NCBI GenBank assembly: GCA_964406375.1 | Contig: CAYORM010000006.1 | Span: 14,167 to 78,166 of the forward strand | DNA: 64,000 bases | Direction of reading: 5' to 3' | From: an uncultured Mycobacteriaceae bacterium | Lineage (GTDB): Bacteria > Pseudomonadota > Alphaproteobacteria > DSM-16000 > Inquilinaceae | In this document: positions 7,137-16,144 of the stretch, one piece after another | How the letters are laid out: each line of letters opens with the position of its first letter | Position numbering within the stretch: the first letter of the stretch is position 1 | Made by a program: the position numbers and the translations under genes | Notes under the pieces: model-generated | What the model saw: the letters and a program-made list of their open reading frames with translations, nothing else | Database searches by the model: none | Told to the model about the DNA's origin: nothing

Positions 7137-8321
7137 TCACGCGGCATGCGTGGGTTGCGGTTCGGTGGGTCCTGGCAGCGCCCGTCCCAGCGCCTCGTCG
7201 GCCGTAGCCGGATCGAGCGGCAGCGTGACCGGGCGGCCGAGACGGAGCGAGAGGCGGATCGCGGCGGCGAGCTCGAGGGCAGCGGCACCGGCGCGCGCCG
7301 GCGCCGCGAGCGGGGCGATGCCGCGCAGGGCGTCGAGCACATTCTCGAGCAGCCCCGCATAGCCGCCGAAGCTCTCATCGAAGAGCAGCGTGTTGGGGAT
7401 GGCCGGCCGCCAGCTCTTGGCCGGGCCGGTCTCCTCGTCCCAGAGGGTCAGCTCGAACTGGTCCTCGACGGTGAGCATCGCGCCCCGGCCGATGATCTCG
7501 ACCCGCTCCCAGGGCTTGAAGCTGAGCGCCTGCGCACTGGTCACGAGGCCGCCCGCGGCCCCCGAGGCGAAGGCAAGGGTGGCGGTCGCGGCTTCGATCG
7601 CCTCGCTGCCATCCGGGCGCCGGACGCGGCGACCCTCCGCATGCAGGCGGGTCACGGGGCCCATCAGCCACAGGGCGAGGTCGAGAAGATGGATCGTCCC
7701 CGCCTCGAGCAGGTCGACATAGGGGTAGCCGAGGGTGAACTTGCCCTGGAACAGCGTCGGCGGGCCCTTCAGCCAACCCTCTGCCACGAGGCGGCGGGCG
7801 AGCGCGTAGGGCGGCGAGAAGCGCTTGTTGGCGACGGAGGCGAAGACGAGACCGCGCCGTTCGGCCAGGTCGCACAGCTCCACGGCCTCTCGGAGCGAAT
7901 GGCAGACCGGCTTTTCGACCAGCACCGCGACGCCGGCCTCAAGGCACAGCCGCGAGACCGCGGCATGGGCATGGTCGGGACAGAGCACGAGGGCGAGATC
8001 GATGCCGCCGCCATCCCTCGCCGCCGCGATCAGCGCCTCGGCATCGGGCAGCGCCGGGACACTCCAGATCCGCCCGACTTTCTCGCGGGTTGCCGGATCG
8101 GGATCGGCGATGCCGGCGACGGTCACCGGCTCGCCCTCGGTACGCAGGCGCTGGATCGCCGGCAGCCATTTCGCCTGGGCGATGCCGCCCGCGCCGATAA
8201 GGCCGACGCGGAGCGGCCGCTTGGCGGCTCGCGCCGGGTCGGGCCGGACGGCATAGACGTCGCCCCGGTCGAAGGCGGCCTCGAACGGCGTATGGCCGAA
8301 GGGCAGATGCGGCAGCGTCAT
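7137..8321 (-). CDS. Gfo/Idh/MocA family oxidoreductase
   Basis: Rossmann motif VGLIGAGGIAQAKWLPA, then EKP (VLVEKPV), typical of the family. Its start overlaps the permease stop. Confidence 0.85.
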   Translation of the reverse strand: MTLPHLPFGHTPFEAAFDRGDVYAVRPDPARAAKRPLRVGLIGAGGIAQAKWLPAIQRLRTEGEPVTVAGIADPDPATREKVGRIWSVPALPDAEALIAAARDGGGIDLALVLCPDHAHAAVSRLCLEAGVAVLVEKPVCHSLREAVELCDLAERRGLVFASVANKRFSPPYALARRLVAEGWLKGPPTLFQGKFTLGYPYVDLLEAGTIHLLDLALWLMGPVTRLHAEGRRVRRPDGSEAIEAATATLAFASGAAGGLVTSAQALSFKPWERVEIIGRGAMLTVEDQFELTLWDEETGPAKSWRPAIPNTLLFDESFGGYAGLLENVLDALRGIAPLAAPARAGAAALELAAAIRLSLRLGRPVTLPLDPATADEALGRALPGPTEPQPTHAA

Positions 8322-10315
8322 GCCGGCACCGACCGGCGATCGAGATCGAGCCGGCGCACCGCCCCCTGCAGCGTCAGCGCGAGCAGGATCGCGCCGCCCT
8401 TGGCCAGGAAGAAGGTCGCATCCGTCATCTGCAGGCCCGACAGCCCGTTGTTGAGGATGGCGAGGAAGGCGACACCGAGCGCCGTGTCGCGCAGCCGCCC
8501 CTCGCCGCCGCGGAACGAGGCGCCGCCGATCACCACCGCGACGATCGCGTCGAGCTCGAGCCCGAATCCCGCGGTCGGTGCCGCGGCGCCCAGGCGGCCG
8601 AGCATCACCGGCATCGCGAGCGCGGTGAACAGACCCATCAGCAGCAGCGTGCGCAGCCGTGTCGTGCCGTCATCGACGCCCGACTGGCGCAGCATGCGCG
8701 GGTCGCCGCCGAGCGCGAAGATCCGTATGCCGATCGGCGTCCGGGCCAGGATCAGCCAGCCGAGCAGAAAGGCGGCCAGGACGAGCAGCACCGGCGGCGT
8801 CAGCCCGAAGAGAAGCGGCACATTCATCGCCGCCACGAAGCCCCCGTCGAAGGGCAGCGTCTGGGCGTCGGTCAGCGAGACGGCGAGGCCGCGCGCCCAG
8901 ATCCAGGCGGCCAGCGTGACGATCAGCGGATCGATGCCGAGCCGCCCGACGATCACGCCGTTGAGGGCATAGACGGCAAGGCACGCGGCAAGGCCGCAGG
9001 CGAGGGCCGGCACTGGGCCGATGCCGGCCTGCAGGGCCAGTGCCGCCACCACCGTGCCGAGTGCGACGACCGAGCCGGGTGCGATGTCGATGCAGCGCGA
9101 GACGATGCCGAGCATCGCGCCGATCGCGACGATCGCGAGCACCGCATTCTGCTCGATCAGCGCCACAAGATTGGCCAGGGTGGCGAAGCGCGGATTGACG
9201 ATCGCGAACAGGATCGCGAGCAGGATCGCCGCCACCGCCACCGCATGACGGGCCAGCGCCGCGGACCAGCCGCGTGCGGCCGCCCCCGCCTCGCCCTCGA
9301 AGCCGGCCTCGGCTTCCGCCCGCCCCTGCAGGAGCCGCCCGGCAATCACGGCAGCGAGCAGCAGGACGCCGGTCGCCGTCGTCTGCCAAGTGCCCGGGAC
9401 GCCGCGGATCGTCATGTAGTTGAAGACGGCCATCAGGATCAGCGCGCCGGTCATCGCCTGCCCGACCCGGACACGGCCCGCGGGCAACCCGCCGGCGCCG
9501 AGCGCCACGACGGCGATCGCGAAGAACTCGAGGCCGAGTCCGATCGACGGGCTGACGATGCCGGTCCGTGCCCCGGTCAGCAGCCCCGCCGCACCGGCGA
9601 AGGCGCCGCATCCGACATAGGCGACGCCGCGCACGCGGGCGACGGATACGCCGCACAGCCGCGCCGCGGCCGCATTGTCGCCGACCGCATGCAGCCTGCG
9701 GCCGAGTATCGTGCCGCGCAGCACGAGCCACAGCAGCGCCGCCAGCGCGAGGGTCAGGACGACCGAGAGCGGCAGGCTGAGCAGCGTCGCGCGGGTCAGC
9801 GTGTCGAAGGCCGGGTGGTCGATGGTGATCCAGGAGTTGAACCGCGCCAGCAGGACGAGCGCCAACCCGCGCACTGCGATCATCGTGCCGAGGGTCACGA
9901 TCACCGGGCTGATCCTCAGCCCCTCAATCAGCAGCGCGTTGACGAGACCCACCGCGGCGCCGATCGCGATGCCGCCGGCGATCGCCGCCACCGGGCCGGC
10001 CCCGACGGTGAGCAGCGCCCCTCCGACTGTCGCCGAGGCGAGCACCACCGAGCCGACCGACAGGTCGATCCCACCGACCAGCACCACCATCGCCATGCCG
10101 AGGCCGAGCAGTAGCACCGGCGCCGCCTGTTTCACGATGTTCTCGGCATTGCCGAGGCTGCCGAACGCATCGGCGGTGAGGGCGAAGGCGAGCAGTATAA
10201 CAACGGCCGCGATGATCATCGCATGGCGGCGCAGCAGCGGCAGGATCCAGCCCTCGCCGCCGGCCTCGGCGCCGATGCCGCGCGTGTGCGTCCCCCCTCC
10301 CGTCTCTGCGGTCAT
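8318..10315 (-). CDS. sugar ABC transporter permease, fused tandem (two RbsC-like domains, 665 aa)
   Basis: Two consecutive CUT2-type permease halves. Each has a multi-helix hydrophobic pattern and a GGIDLSVGS / CIDIAPGS-type motif. One uninterrupted ORF. Confidence 0.85.
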   Translation of the reverse strand: MTAETGGGTHTRGIGAEAGGEGWILPLLRRHAMIIAAVVILLAFALTADAFGSLGNAENIVKQAAPVLLLGLGMAMVVLVGGIDLSVGSVVLASATVGGALLTVGAGPVAAIAGGIAIGAAVGLVNALLIEGLRISPVIVTLGTMIAVRGLALVLLARFNSWITIDHPAFDTLTRATLLSLPLSVVLTLALAALLWLVLRGTILGRRLHAVGDNAAAARLCGVSVARVRGVAYVGCGAFAGAAGLLTGARTGIVSPSIGLGLEFFAIAVVALGAGGLPAGRVRVGQAMTGALILMAVFNYMTIRGVPGTWQTTATGVLLLAAVIAGRLLQGRAEAEAGFEGEAGAAARGWSAALARHAVAVAAILLAILFAIVNPRFATLANLVALIEQNAVLAIVAIGAMLGIVSRCIDIAPGSVVALGTVVAALALQAGIGPVPALACGLAACLAVYALNGVIVGRLGIDPLIVTLAAWIWARGLAVSLTDAQTLPFDGGFVAAMNVPLLFGLTPPVLLVLAAFLLGWLILARTPIGIRIFALGGDPRMLRQSGVDDGTTRLRTLLLMGLFTALAMPVMLGRLGAAAPTAGFGLELDAIVAVVIGGASFRGGEGRLRDTALGVAFLAILNNGLSGLQMTDATFFLAKGGAILLALTLQGAVRRLDLDRRSVPA

Positions 10316-11877
10316 GCCGCGCCCTCCGAAGCCGCCCGCCCCTGGACGAGGAGGTTGAGCGCCTCTTCGGTCAGCCCGGCGGCCGCGGTCTCCGCGGCGA
10401 TCCGGCCGTCGCGGATGACGAGGATGCGATGGGCGATCGCCAGGATCTCCGGCAGGTCGGAGGAGACGACGACGACCGCGCGCCCGGCGGCGGCCACCGC
10501 GTCGAGCTGGCGGTAGATCTCGGCGCGCGCGCCGACATCGACACCGCGCGTCGGCTCGATCAGCACCAGTACCGCCGCCTCGGCGAGGTGCCAGCGTGCG
10601 ATCAGCGCCTTCTGCTGGTTGCCGCCGCTCAGCGTGCGCATCGCCGTCCGCGGCGACCGGGCGACGACCGAGAAGCGGGCGAGGGCCGCAGCGACGGCGC
10701 CGCGCTCAGCCGCGCGATGGACGAGCCCGCCCGGCAGGCCCCGCCGCGTCAGCGAGGGGAGCCCGACATTCTCGGCGAGGCTGAGATTGGGGAAGATGCC
10801 CTCACCCTTGCGGTCGTCGGTCAGAAGGCAGATGCCCGCCTCGACCGCCTCGCGCGGCGAGGCCGGGGCGAGACGCCGCCCGCCGATCCGCAAGGCCCCG
10901 CGCTCGAGCGGCAGGGCGCCGCCGAGTAGCCGGGCGATCTCCGCCTGGCCGGCGCCGAGCAGGCCGGTGAGCCCGAGGATCTCACCGCGCGAGACGGCGA
11001 GATCGACACTGCGCACCCGCTCGCCCCAGCCGATCCCCTCGGCGACCAGTGCCGGTTCGGCGTCACGGGAGATGGCCGGCGCGACCGGCCGGGCGAACTG
11101 CTCGACCGCGCGGCCGACCATCGCCTCGGTCAGCCGGGCCTCGGTCCAGCCGGCGAGGTCGACGGTGGCAATCAGCCGGCCGTTGCGCAGGATCGTCGCC
11201 CGGTCGCACTGGTCGAGGATCTCGCGGAAGCGATGCGAAACGAACAGGATCGTCAGCCCCTCATCACGCAGGCGCCGGATGATCGCGAAGAGCGCATCCG
11301 CCTCGCGCGGGCCGAGCGGGGCCGTCGGCTCGTCGAGGATCAGCACCGAGGGGTCGCGTGACAGCGCCTTGGCGATCTCGACGAGCTGCCGTTCGGCGAC
11401 CGAGAGCGTCGCGACCCGGCGGTCGGGCGCGATCCTGGCACCGACCCGGGCCAGCGCCTCCTCCGCGCGGCGGCGCATCGCGACGGCATCGAGGAGCGGC
11501 CCGCGCCGCGGTTCACGTCCGAGCGCGATGTTCTGCTCGACGGAGAGGTTCGGCAGCAGGCTGAGCTCCTGGTAGACCGTCGCGATACCGAGCCGGATGG
11601 CATCGGCGGTCGAGGCGATCTCGACCGGCCGGCCCGCCACCCGGATCGTCCCGGCATCGGGCCGCAGCATGCCGGCGATCAGGTTGATCAGCGTCGACGT
11701 GCCGGCGCCGTTCTGGCCGACCAGCGCATGTACCTCGCCCGGACGGAACGCGACCGAGACGTCGTCGAGCGCGACCACGCCGGGGAAACGCCGGCTCAGC
11801 CCCACGGTCTCCAGGCTCGGCTGCGGGCGCCCGGGCGTGGTGGCGCCGGCAGCCGGGACGGAGGCGGCGTCCATCAT
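10312..11877 (-). CDS. sugar ABC transporter ATP-binding protein (double ATPase, RbsA-like)
   Basis: First Walker A is GQNGAGTST. Signature/Walker B regions are LSVAERQLVEIAKAL..LILDEPT in the first half and LSGGNQQKALIAR..LVLIEPTRGVD in the second. I prefer the ATG-ATG at 11877/11874 (MMDAASV..), because the longer track ORF would overlap the binding-protein gene. Confidence 0.88.
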   Translation of the reverse strand: MMDAASVPAAGATTPGRPQPSLETVGLSRRFPGVVALDDVSVAFRPGEVHALVGQNGAGTSTLINLIAGMLRPDAGTIRVAGRPVEIASTADAIRLGIATVYQELSLLPNLSVEQNIALGREPRRGPLLDAVAMRRRAEEALARVGARIAPDRRVATLSVAERQLVEIAKALSRDPSVLILDEPTAPLGPREADALFAIIRRLRDEGLTILFVSHRFREILDQCDRATILRNGRLIATVDLAGWTEARLTEAMVGRAVEQFARPVAPAISRDAEPALVAEGIGWGERVRSVDLAVSRGEILGLTGLLGAGQAEIARLLGGALPLERGALRIGGRRLAPASPREAVEAGICLLTDDRKGEGIFPNLSLAENVGLPSLTRRGLPGGLVHRAAERGAVAAALARFSVVARSPRTAMRTLSGGNQQKALIARWHLAEAAVLVLIEPTRGVDVGARAEIYRQLDAVAAAGRAVVVVSSDLPEILAIAHRILVIRDGRIAAETAAAGLTEEALNLLVQGRAASEGAA

Positions 11878-11959
11878 GCGGGAACGGTCGGTTCGGCCAT
11901 AGCGGGGCTCGCGGGTCGGGGTGCCGCGCACGGGCCGCGCACGGCACCCGCCCCTCGTG

Positions 11960-12973
11960 TCATTGCTGATAATCGGCGACGATGTCGGCCAGCGGCCGCT
12001 CGAAGGGGAAGGTCTCGATCGCCCCCGTCTGGTCGGCCGCGAGCTCGAGAACGGAGCCGACATTCTCACCTGTGACCAGCACACCCTGGATCAGGTGCTC
12101 GGTCTCCTCGGTCTGGCCGGTGGCGACCAGATAGGGGAAATAGGCCTTCCAGAAGCCGGAATATTGCGGCGCCAGCAGCACCGTGCTCTCGAGCGACCCG
12201 TCGGCTACAGCGGCCAGCCCGCCTTCGCTGCCGTCAACCGAGACCAGCAGGATCTGATCCTCCTTGCCGGCCCGCTCGACGACATTGGCCGCCGGGACGG
12301 TCAGGCTGTCACTGTTGCCGTAGATCAGGTCGAGATTCGGATAGGCGGTCAGCCAGTTCTCGGTGATCTGCACCGCCCGCGTCGGATCCCAATTGGTCGG
12401 CTCCTGCGCCACGACGGTCACATCGGGATACGCGGCGAGCACGTCGGTGAAGCCGCCCGAGCGGTCGGTGTTCAGCCCCTGGCCGAGCAGCCCCTGCAGG
12501 TTCGCGACCTCGCCGCGCACCTCGCCATATTTCGCGCGCAGCAGCTCGACCGCGTATTCGCCGACGATGCGGCCGGTGTAGCGCTCGTCGAAGCCGAGGA
12601 CCGCGGCGCAGCCGTCGATGCTGCTGTGCAGACAGACGATCGGGATGCCGGCCGCCTCGGCCTTCTGCATCGTCGGGCCGAAGGCGGCGGCGTCGATGAA
12701 GTTGACGGCGATGGCGTCGACACCCTCATTGATGAGGTTCTCGACGGCGAGGATCTGCTTGTTGACGTCGCCCTCGCCGCTGGTCACCACCAGCTCGAAG
12801 CCGTTGCGGCGGGCGGCCTCCTCGGCGCCTTCGACCTCACCGAGATGGAAAGGGTTGCTGAGGTCGATCTGGACCAGCCCGATTCTCGGCGTGTCCTGCG
12901 CCCCGGCGGCCGGCGCCACGAGCACCGATGCGAGCGCCGCCGCGGACACCGCGGCGTTCCTGATGCGCGACAT
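11960..12973 (-). CDS. sugar ABC transporter substrate-binding protein (periplasmic binding protein type I)
   Basis: Signal peptide ..VAPAAGAQ, then an RbsB-like fold pattern: IGLVQIDLSNPFH.., DAIAVNFID, IPIVCLHS. Confidence 0.85.
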   Translation of the reverse strand: MSRIRNAAVSAAALASVLVAPAAGAQDTPRIGLVQIDLSNPFHLGEVEGAEEAARRNGFELVVTSGEGDVNKQILAVENLINEGVDAIAVNFIDAAAFGPTMQKAEAAGIPIVCLHSSIDGCAAVLGFDERYTGRIVGEYAVELLRAKYGEVRGEVANLQGLLGQGLNTDRSGGFTDVLAAYPDVTVVAQEPTNWDPTRAVQITENWLTAYPNLDLIYGNSDSLTVPAANVVERAGKEDQILLVSVDGSEGGLAAVADGSLESTVLLAPQYSGFWKAYFPYLVATGQTEETEHLIQGVLVTGENVGSVLELAADQTGAIETFPFERPLADIVADYQQ

Positions 12974-13043
12974 GCGTGTCCTCCCTCTTCTCGTTGGGTC
13001 CGGCGGCCTGCGAGCACGCGGGCACCACCCCGGAAGCCGCTCG

Positions 13044-13058
13044 ATGTTACCGGTATCT
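13044..13058. promoter_or_regulatory. LacI-family operator, copy 1 (ATGTTACCGGTATCT)
   Basis: One of three copies sharing the 14-mer ATGTTACCGGTATC. It is a near-palindrome (TGTTACC/GGTATCA type). It lies 71 nt upstream of the binding-protein gene. Read on the minus strand, TTGACG-N18-TAACAT places the operator over a candidate -10. Confidence 0.65.
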
Positions 13059-13111
13059 TATTAGGAGCGTCAACGTGTTCCCTCCGTCCAGGCGACGGTT
13101 GATCGCAGCGG

Positions 13112-13126
13112 ATGGTACCGGTACCG
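13112..13126. promoter_or_regulatory. LacI-family operator variant (ATGGTACCGGTACCG)
   Basis: Contains the perfect palindrome GGTACCGGTACC with the same core as the three main copies. It lies 38 nt upstream of the DUF4432 gene start. Confidence 0.5.
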
Positions 13127-13163
13127 TCCAAGCGGACGGGATCGCAGGGCGGGGGAGGAAGCG

Positions 13164-14276
13164 ATGGTCGAGCTGTTCGGACGGGGCTGGACGCGGACCG
13201 AAATCGAGCGGCGGATCGGCCACCTCTCGCAGCTCGGCGGCATCCGGCTCGTCACATCGGACAACGGGCCGTCGCGCGGCGTGAGGCTGCTCGAGCTGCG
13301 GACGGGCACCGGGTTCGACTGCGACATCGCGCTCGAGCGCGGCATGGATGTCGGCCGCTGCACATATCGCGGTGCCTCGCTCGCCTGGATGCCGCCGACG
13401 CTCCTCGCCGGGCCCTGGCTGTTCGAGCAGCAGACCGAGTTCGGCTGGCTGCGCTCGGTGCTGGGCGGGCTCAACAACACCTGCGGCCTCGTCCATATCG
13501 GCAATCCCGAAACCGCCGACGTCACGCATTACAACTTCCCGGCCCGCCCCCGAGAGCGCTACGGCGTGCACGACCGCGCGGCGATGATCCCGGCCGAGCT
13601 CGTCTCCTTCGGCGAGCGCTGGGAGGGCGACCGATGTTTCATCGAGGCGGTCGGGCGGGTGACCCAGGCGCAGGCCTATGGGGAGACGCTGGTGCTGACC
13701 CGCACCTACCGGGCCGAGCTGGGCCGCTCCGGCTTCGAGATGGAGGACGTTGTCGCCAATCGAGGCTACCTGCCGGTCGAGCACATGCTGCTCTATCATT
13801 TCAACATCGGCTTTCCGTTCCTCGACGAGGGGGCGGAGCTTGTCGCACCCTTCGACGGCCGACCCGAGCTGTTGTTCGGCGAGGCCGATCTCGACGATCC
13901 GGCGAGCTGGTCGCGCTTCTCGGCCCCGCAGCGGGGTGCGGTGCAGCAAACCTTCGCCCACCGCATGCGTCCGGACGCCGCCGGACAGGTGACCGTCGCG
14001 CTGGTCAATCCGCGCCTCGGCCCCGGGGGCACGGCGGTGGCCCTGCGCTACGACCATGCGACGCTGCCGCGCTACATCGAGTGGCGGATGATGGGCGAGG
14101 GCCAGTACGCCGTCGGGATCGAGCCCTGCACCAACGGCTTCGGCCGCGAGGCGGTCCGCCGGGCGGGCGAGCTGATCACCCTCGCCCCCGGCGAGGAGCG
14201 GCGCTACCGCGTCGCGCTCGAGGTGGTCGAGGGTGAGGCGGCGATCGCCGCGCTGCGCGCCGCCGCGGCAGGCTGA
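13164..14276 (+). CDS. DUF4432 / aldose-1-epimerase-like protein
   Basis: Track ORF with a GGGGGAGGAAG Shine-Dalgarno sequence. Blocks such as GGLNNTCGL, HDRAAMIPAE and LLYHFNIGFPFL match the galactose-mutarotase-like DUF4432 family as I recall it. Confidence 0.7.
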   Translation: MVELFGRGWTRTEIERRIGHLSQLGGIRLVTSDNGPSRGVRLLELRTGTGFDCDIALERGMDVGRCTYRGASLAWMPPTLLAGPWLFEQQTEFGWLRSVLGGLNNTCGLVHIGNPETADVTHYNFPARPRERYGVHDRAAMIPAELVSFGERWEGDRCFIEAVGRVTQAQAYGETLVLTRTYRAELGRSGFEMEDVVANRGYLPVEHMLLYHFNIGFPFLDEGAELVAPFDGRPELLFGEADLDDPASWSRFSAPQRGAVQQTFAHRMRPDAAGQVTVALVNPRLGPGGTAVALRYDHATLPRYIEWRMMGEGQYAVGIEPCTNGFGREAVRRAGELITLAPGEERRYRVALEVVEGEAAIAALRAAAAG

Positions 14277-14282
14277 AGCCGC

Positions 14283-15302
14283 CTACCCGCCGGCCTGCGC
14301 CGCCGCCCTGAGGCTCTCCACCAGCCGCTCGACCGTCAAGCCGTAGCGGCCCTGCAGATAGGGCAGCGAGCCGCATTCGATGAAAGCGTCCGGCAGGCCG
14401 ATCCGGTCGAGCGGCACCGCGAGCCGCGCATCGACGAGGCATTCGGCGAGGATCGTGCCGAGCCCGCCACTGCGCACATGGTTCTCCACCGAGACGATCC
14501 GCCGGGCCCGTCCGGCCGCCTCGAGGAAGCCGTCGCGGTCGAAGGGCTTGAGCGTCGCCACATGCAGCACGCCGAGCGCGATCCCCTCCGCCTCGAGGAT
14601 TCGTGCCGCCTCGAGAACCCGGCCGGTCATCAGGCCGGTCGAGACGATCAGCGGGCCGTCGCCCTCGCGCAGCAGCGCCGCCCGCCCGATCTCGAACTGG
14701 TGTTGCGTCGGGTCGAAGACGACCGGCACGGCGGCGCGCTGCAGGCGCATATAGACCGGCCCGTCGACATCGACGATGGCGCGGGTCGCCTGCTCGATCT
14801 CGGTCGCATCGCAGGGATCGATAACCGTGAGGCCAGGGACGAGCCGCATCAGCCCGAGATCCTCGATCCCCTGATGCGTGCCGCCATAGCCGGTGGTCAG
14901 CCCCGGCAGGCCGGCGATGATGCGCACCGGCGCACGGCTGTGGGCGCAGGCGATGGCGATGAAGTCGTAGGCGCGCCGCGTGGCGAAGACGCCATAGGTC
15001 GTGCAGTAGGGGATGCGGCCCGCCTTGGCGAGGCCGGCCGCCACCGCGATGAGGTTCTGCTCGGCCATGCCGACATTCCAGAACCGGTCGGGAAAGGCAT
15101 CGCGGAAGGGCAGGATGTCGGTGTACTTGCCGAGATCCGCGGTCAGCCCGACGATCTCGGGCCGCTCGTGCCCCAGCGCCACCAGCGCCCGGCCGAACGG
15201 CGCGTCGACATGGGTGACGCCCGCGACGCGCTGGACCTCGCCCATGCCGGCGGTGCGGCCGCGCGCCGGTGCCCCCTGCCCCGCATCTACCCGCTCAACC
15301 AT
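14283..15302 (-). CDS. transketolase, C-terminal (pyrimidine-binding) subunit
   Basis: ..FGRALVALG..IVGLTADLGKYTD..FPDRFWNVGMAEQNLIAVAAGLA..GGTHQGIEDLGLMR.. The ATG at 15302 overlaps the upstream stop (ATGGTTGA). Confidence 0.88.
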   Translation of the reverse strand: MVERVDAGQGAPARGRTAGMGEVQRVAGVTHVDAPFGRALVALGHERPEIVGLTADLGKYTDILPFRDAFPDRFWNVGMAEQNLIAVAAGLAKAGRIPYCTTYGVFATRRAYDFIAIACAHSRAPVRIIAGLPGLTTGYGGTHQGIEDLGLMRLVPGLTVIDPCDATEIEQATRAIVDVDGPVYMRLQRAAVPVVFDPTQHQFEIGRAALLREGDGPLIVSTGLMTGRVLEAARILEAEGIALGVLHVATLKPFDRDGFLEAAGRARRIVSVENHVRSGGLGTILAECLVDARLAVPLDRIGLPDAFIECGSLPYLQGRYGLTVERLVESLRAAAQAGG

Positions 15303-16134
15303 GGGAGGCCTCCAGCTCCTCGGCGAGGCGCGCCCATTCATCCGCCTCGACCCTCACGAAGTGCGCCTTCTCGCGGGCCTCGAGCGTCGGCACACCGCGG
15401 CCGGGAAGGGTGCGCAGCACGATGACCTTCGGCCGGCCGTCCGCCGCCCGCGCATCGGCGAGTGCATCGGCGACCGCCTTCATGTCGTTGCCGTCGATCT
15501 CGGCGACCGACCAGCCGAAGGCCCGCCATTTGTCGGCCACCGGCTCGATCGGGATGACGATTGCGCCATCGGCCTGGATGCCGTTGCAGTCGACGAGCGC
15601 CACGAGATTATCGAGCCCGAAGGCCGGTGCGGCGAAGGCCGCCTCCCAGGTCGAGCCCTCCTGCAGTTCGCCGTCCGAAAGCTCGGCGAAGACCCGCGCG
15701 TCGCCATCGGCCTTGAGGGCGAGCGCCATGCCGATCGCCTGGCCCAACCCGTGGCCGAGCGAGCCGCCGATCACCTCGACGCCGGGGGTGGTGTCCAGCG
15801 TGCTCATCTCCAGCCGGCTCTCATCCAGCCCGTAGCTGTCGAGCTCGTCGATCGGCAGGATGCCGGCCTCCGCCAGCGCCGCCCACAGCGCGATCGAATA
15901 ATGCCCGGTGGACAGCACGAAACGGTCACGCCCCGGCCAGCGCGGATCGGCCGGGTCGTAGCGCATCTCGTGGAAGTAGAGCGCGGCGAGCAGGTCGGCG
16001 ATGCCGAGTCCCTGGGCGAGATAACCCTGCCCCTTGCCGCGCGCCATCCGCATCATGTGCCGCCGCAGGATCCACGCCTTGTGTCGCAGGGCGTCGAGAT
16101 CGGCAGGTCCGGCCGGGTGGTTGCGTCCGCTCAT
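15295..16134 (-). CDS. transketolase, N-terminal (TPP-binding) subunit
   Basis: ..GQGYLAQGLGIADLLAALYF..RDRFVLSTGHYSIALWA..GSLGHGLGQAIGMAL..LSDGELQEGSTWEA.. This is the typical split-transketolase A subunit. Confidence 0.88.
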   Translation of the reverse strand: MSGRNHPAGPADLDALRHKAWILRRHMMRMARGKGQGYLAQGLGIADLLAALYFHEMRYDPADPRWPGRDRFVLSTGHYSIALWAALAEAGILPIDELDSYGLDESRLEMSTLDTTPGVEVIGGSLGHGLGQAIGMALALKADGDARVFAELSDGELQEGSTWEAAFAAPAFGLDNLVALVDCNGIQADGAIVIPIEPVADKWRAFGWSVAEIDGNDMKAVADALADARAADGRPKVIVLRTLPGRGVPTLEAREKAHFVRVEADEWARLAEELEASHG

Positions 16135-16144
16135 CAGCCGTCTC

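Noticed and set aside
4932-7140. A tRNA-Arg-associated genomic island or integrative element
   Set aside because: There is no integrase, excisionase or transposase gene. I saw no direct repeat of the tRNA 3' end downstream, and I saw no obvious compositional break.
5674-8972. ORFs 5674..7362+ (562 aa), 5705..7378- (557 aa) and 7146..8972+ (608 aa)
   Set aside because: They are out of frame with, or antisense to, the enolase-family dehydratase, the Gfo/Idh/MocA oxidoreductase and the permease genes. Their sequences are low-complexity and Arg/Pro-rich.
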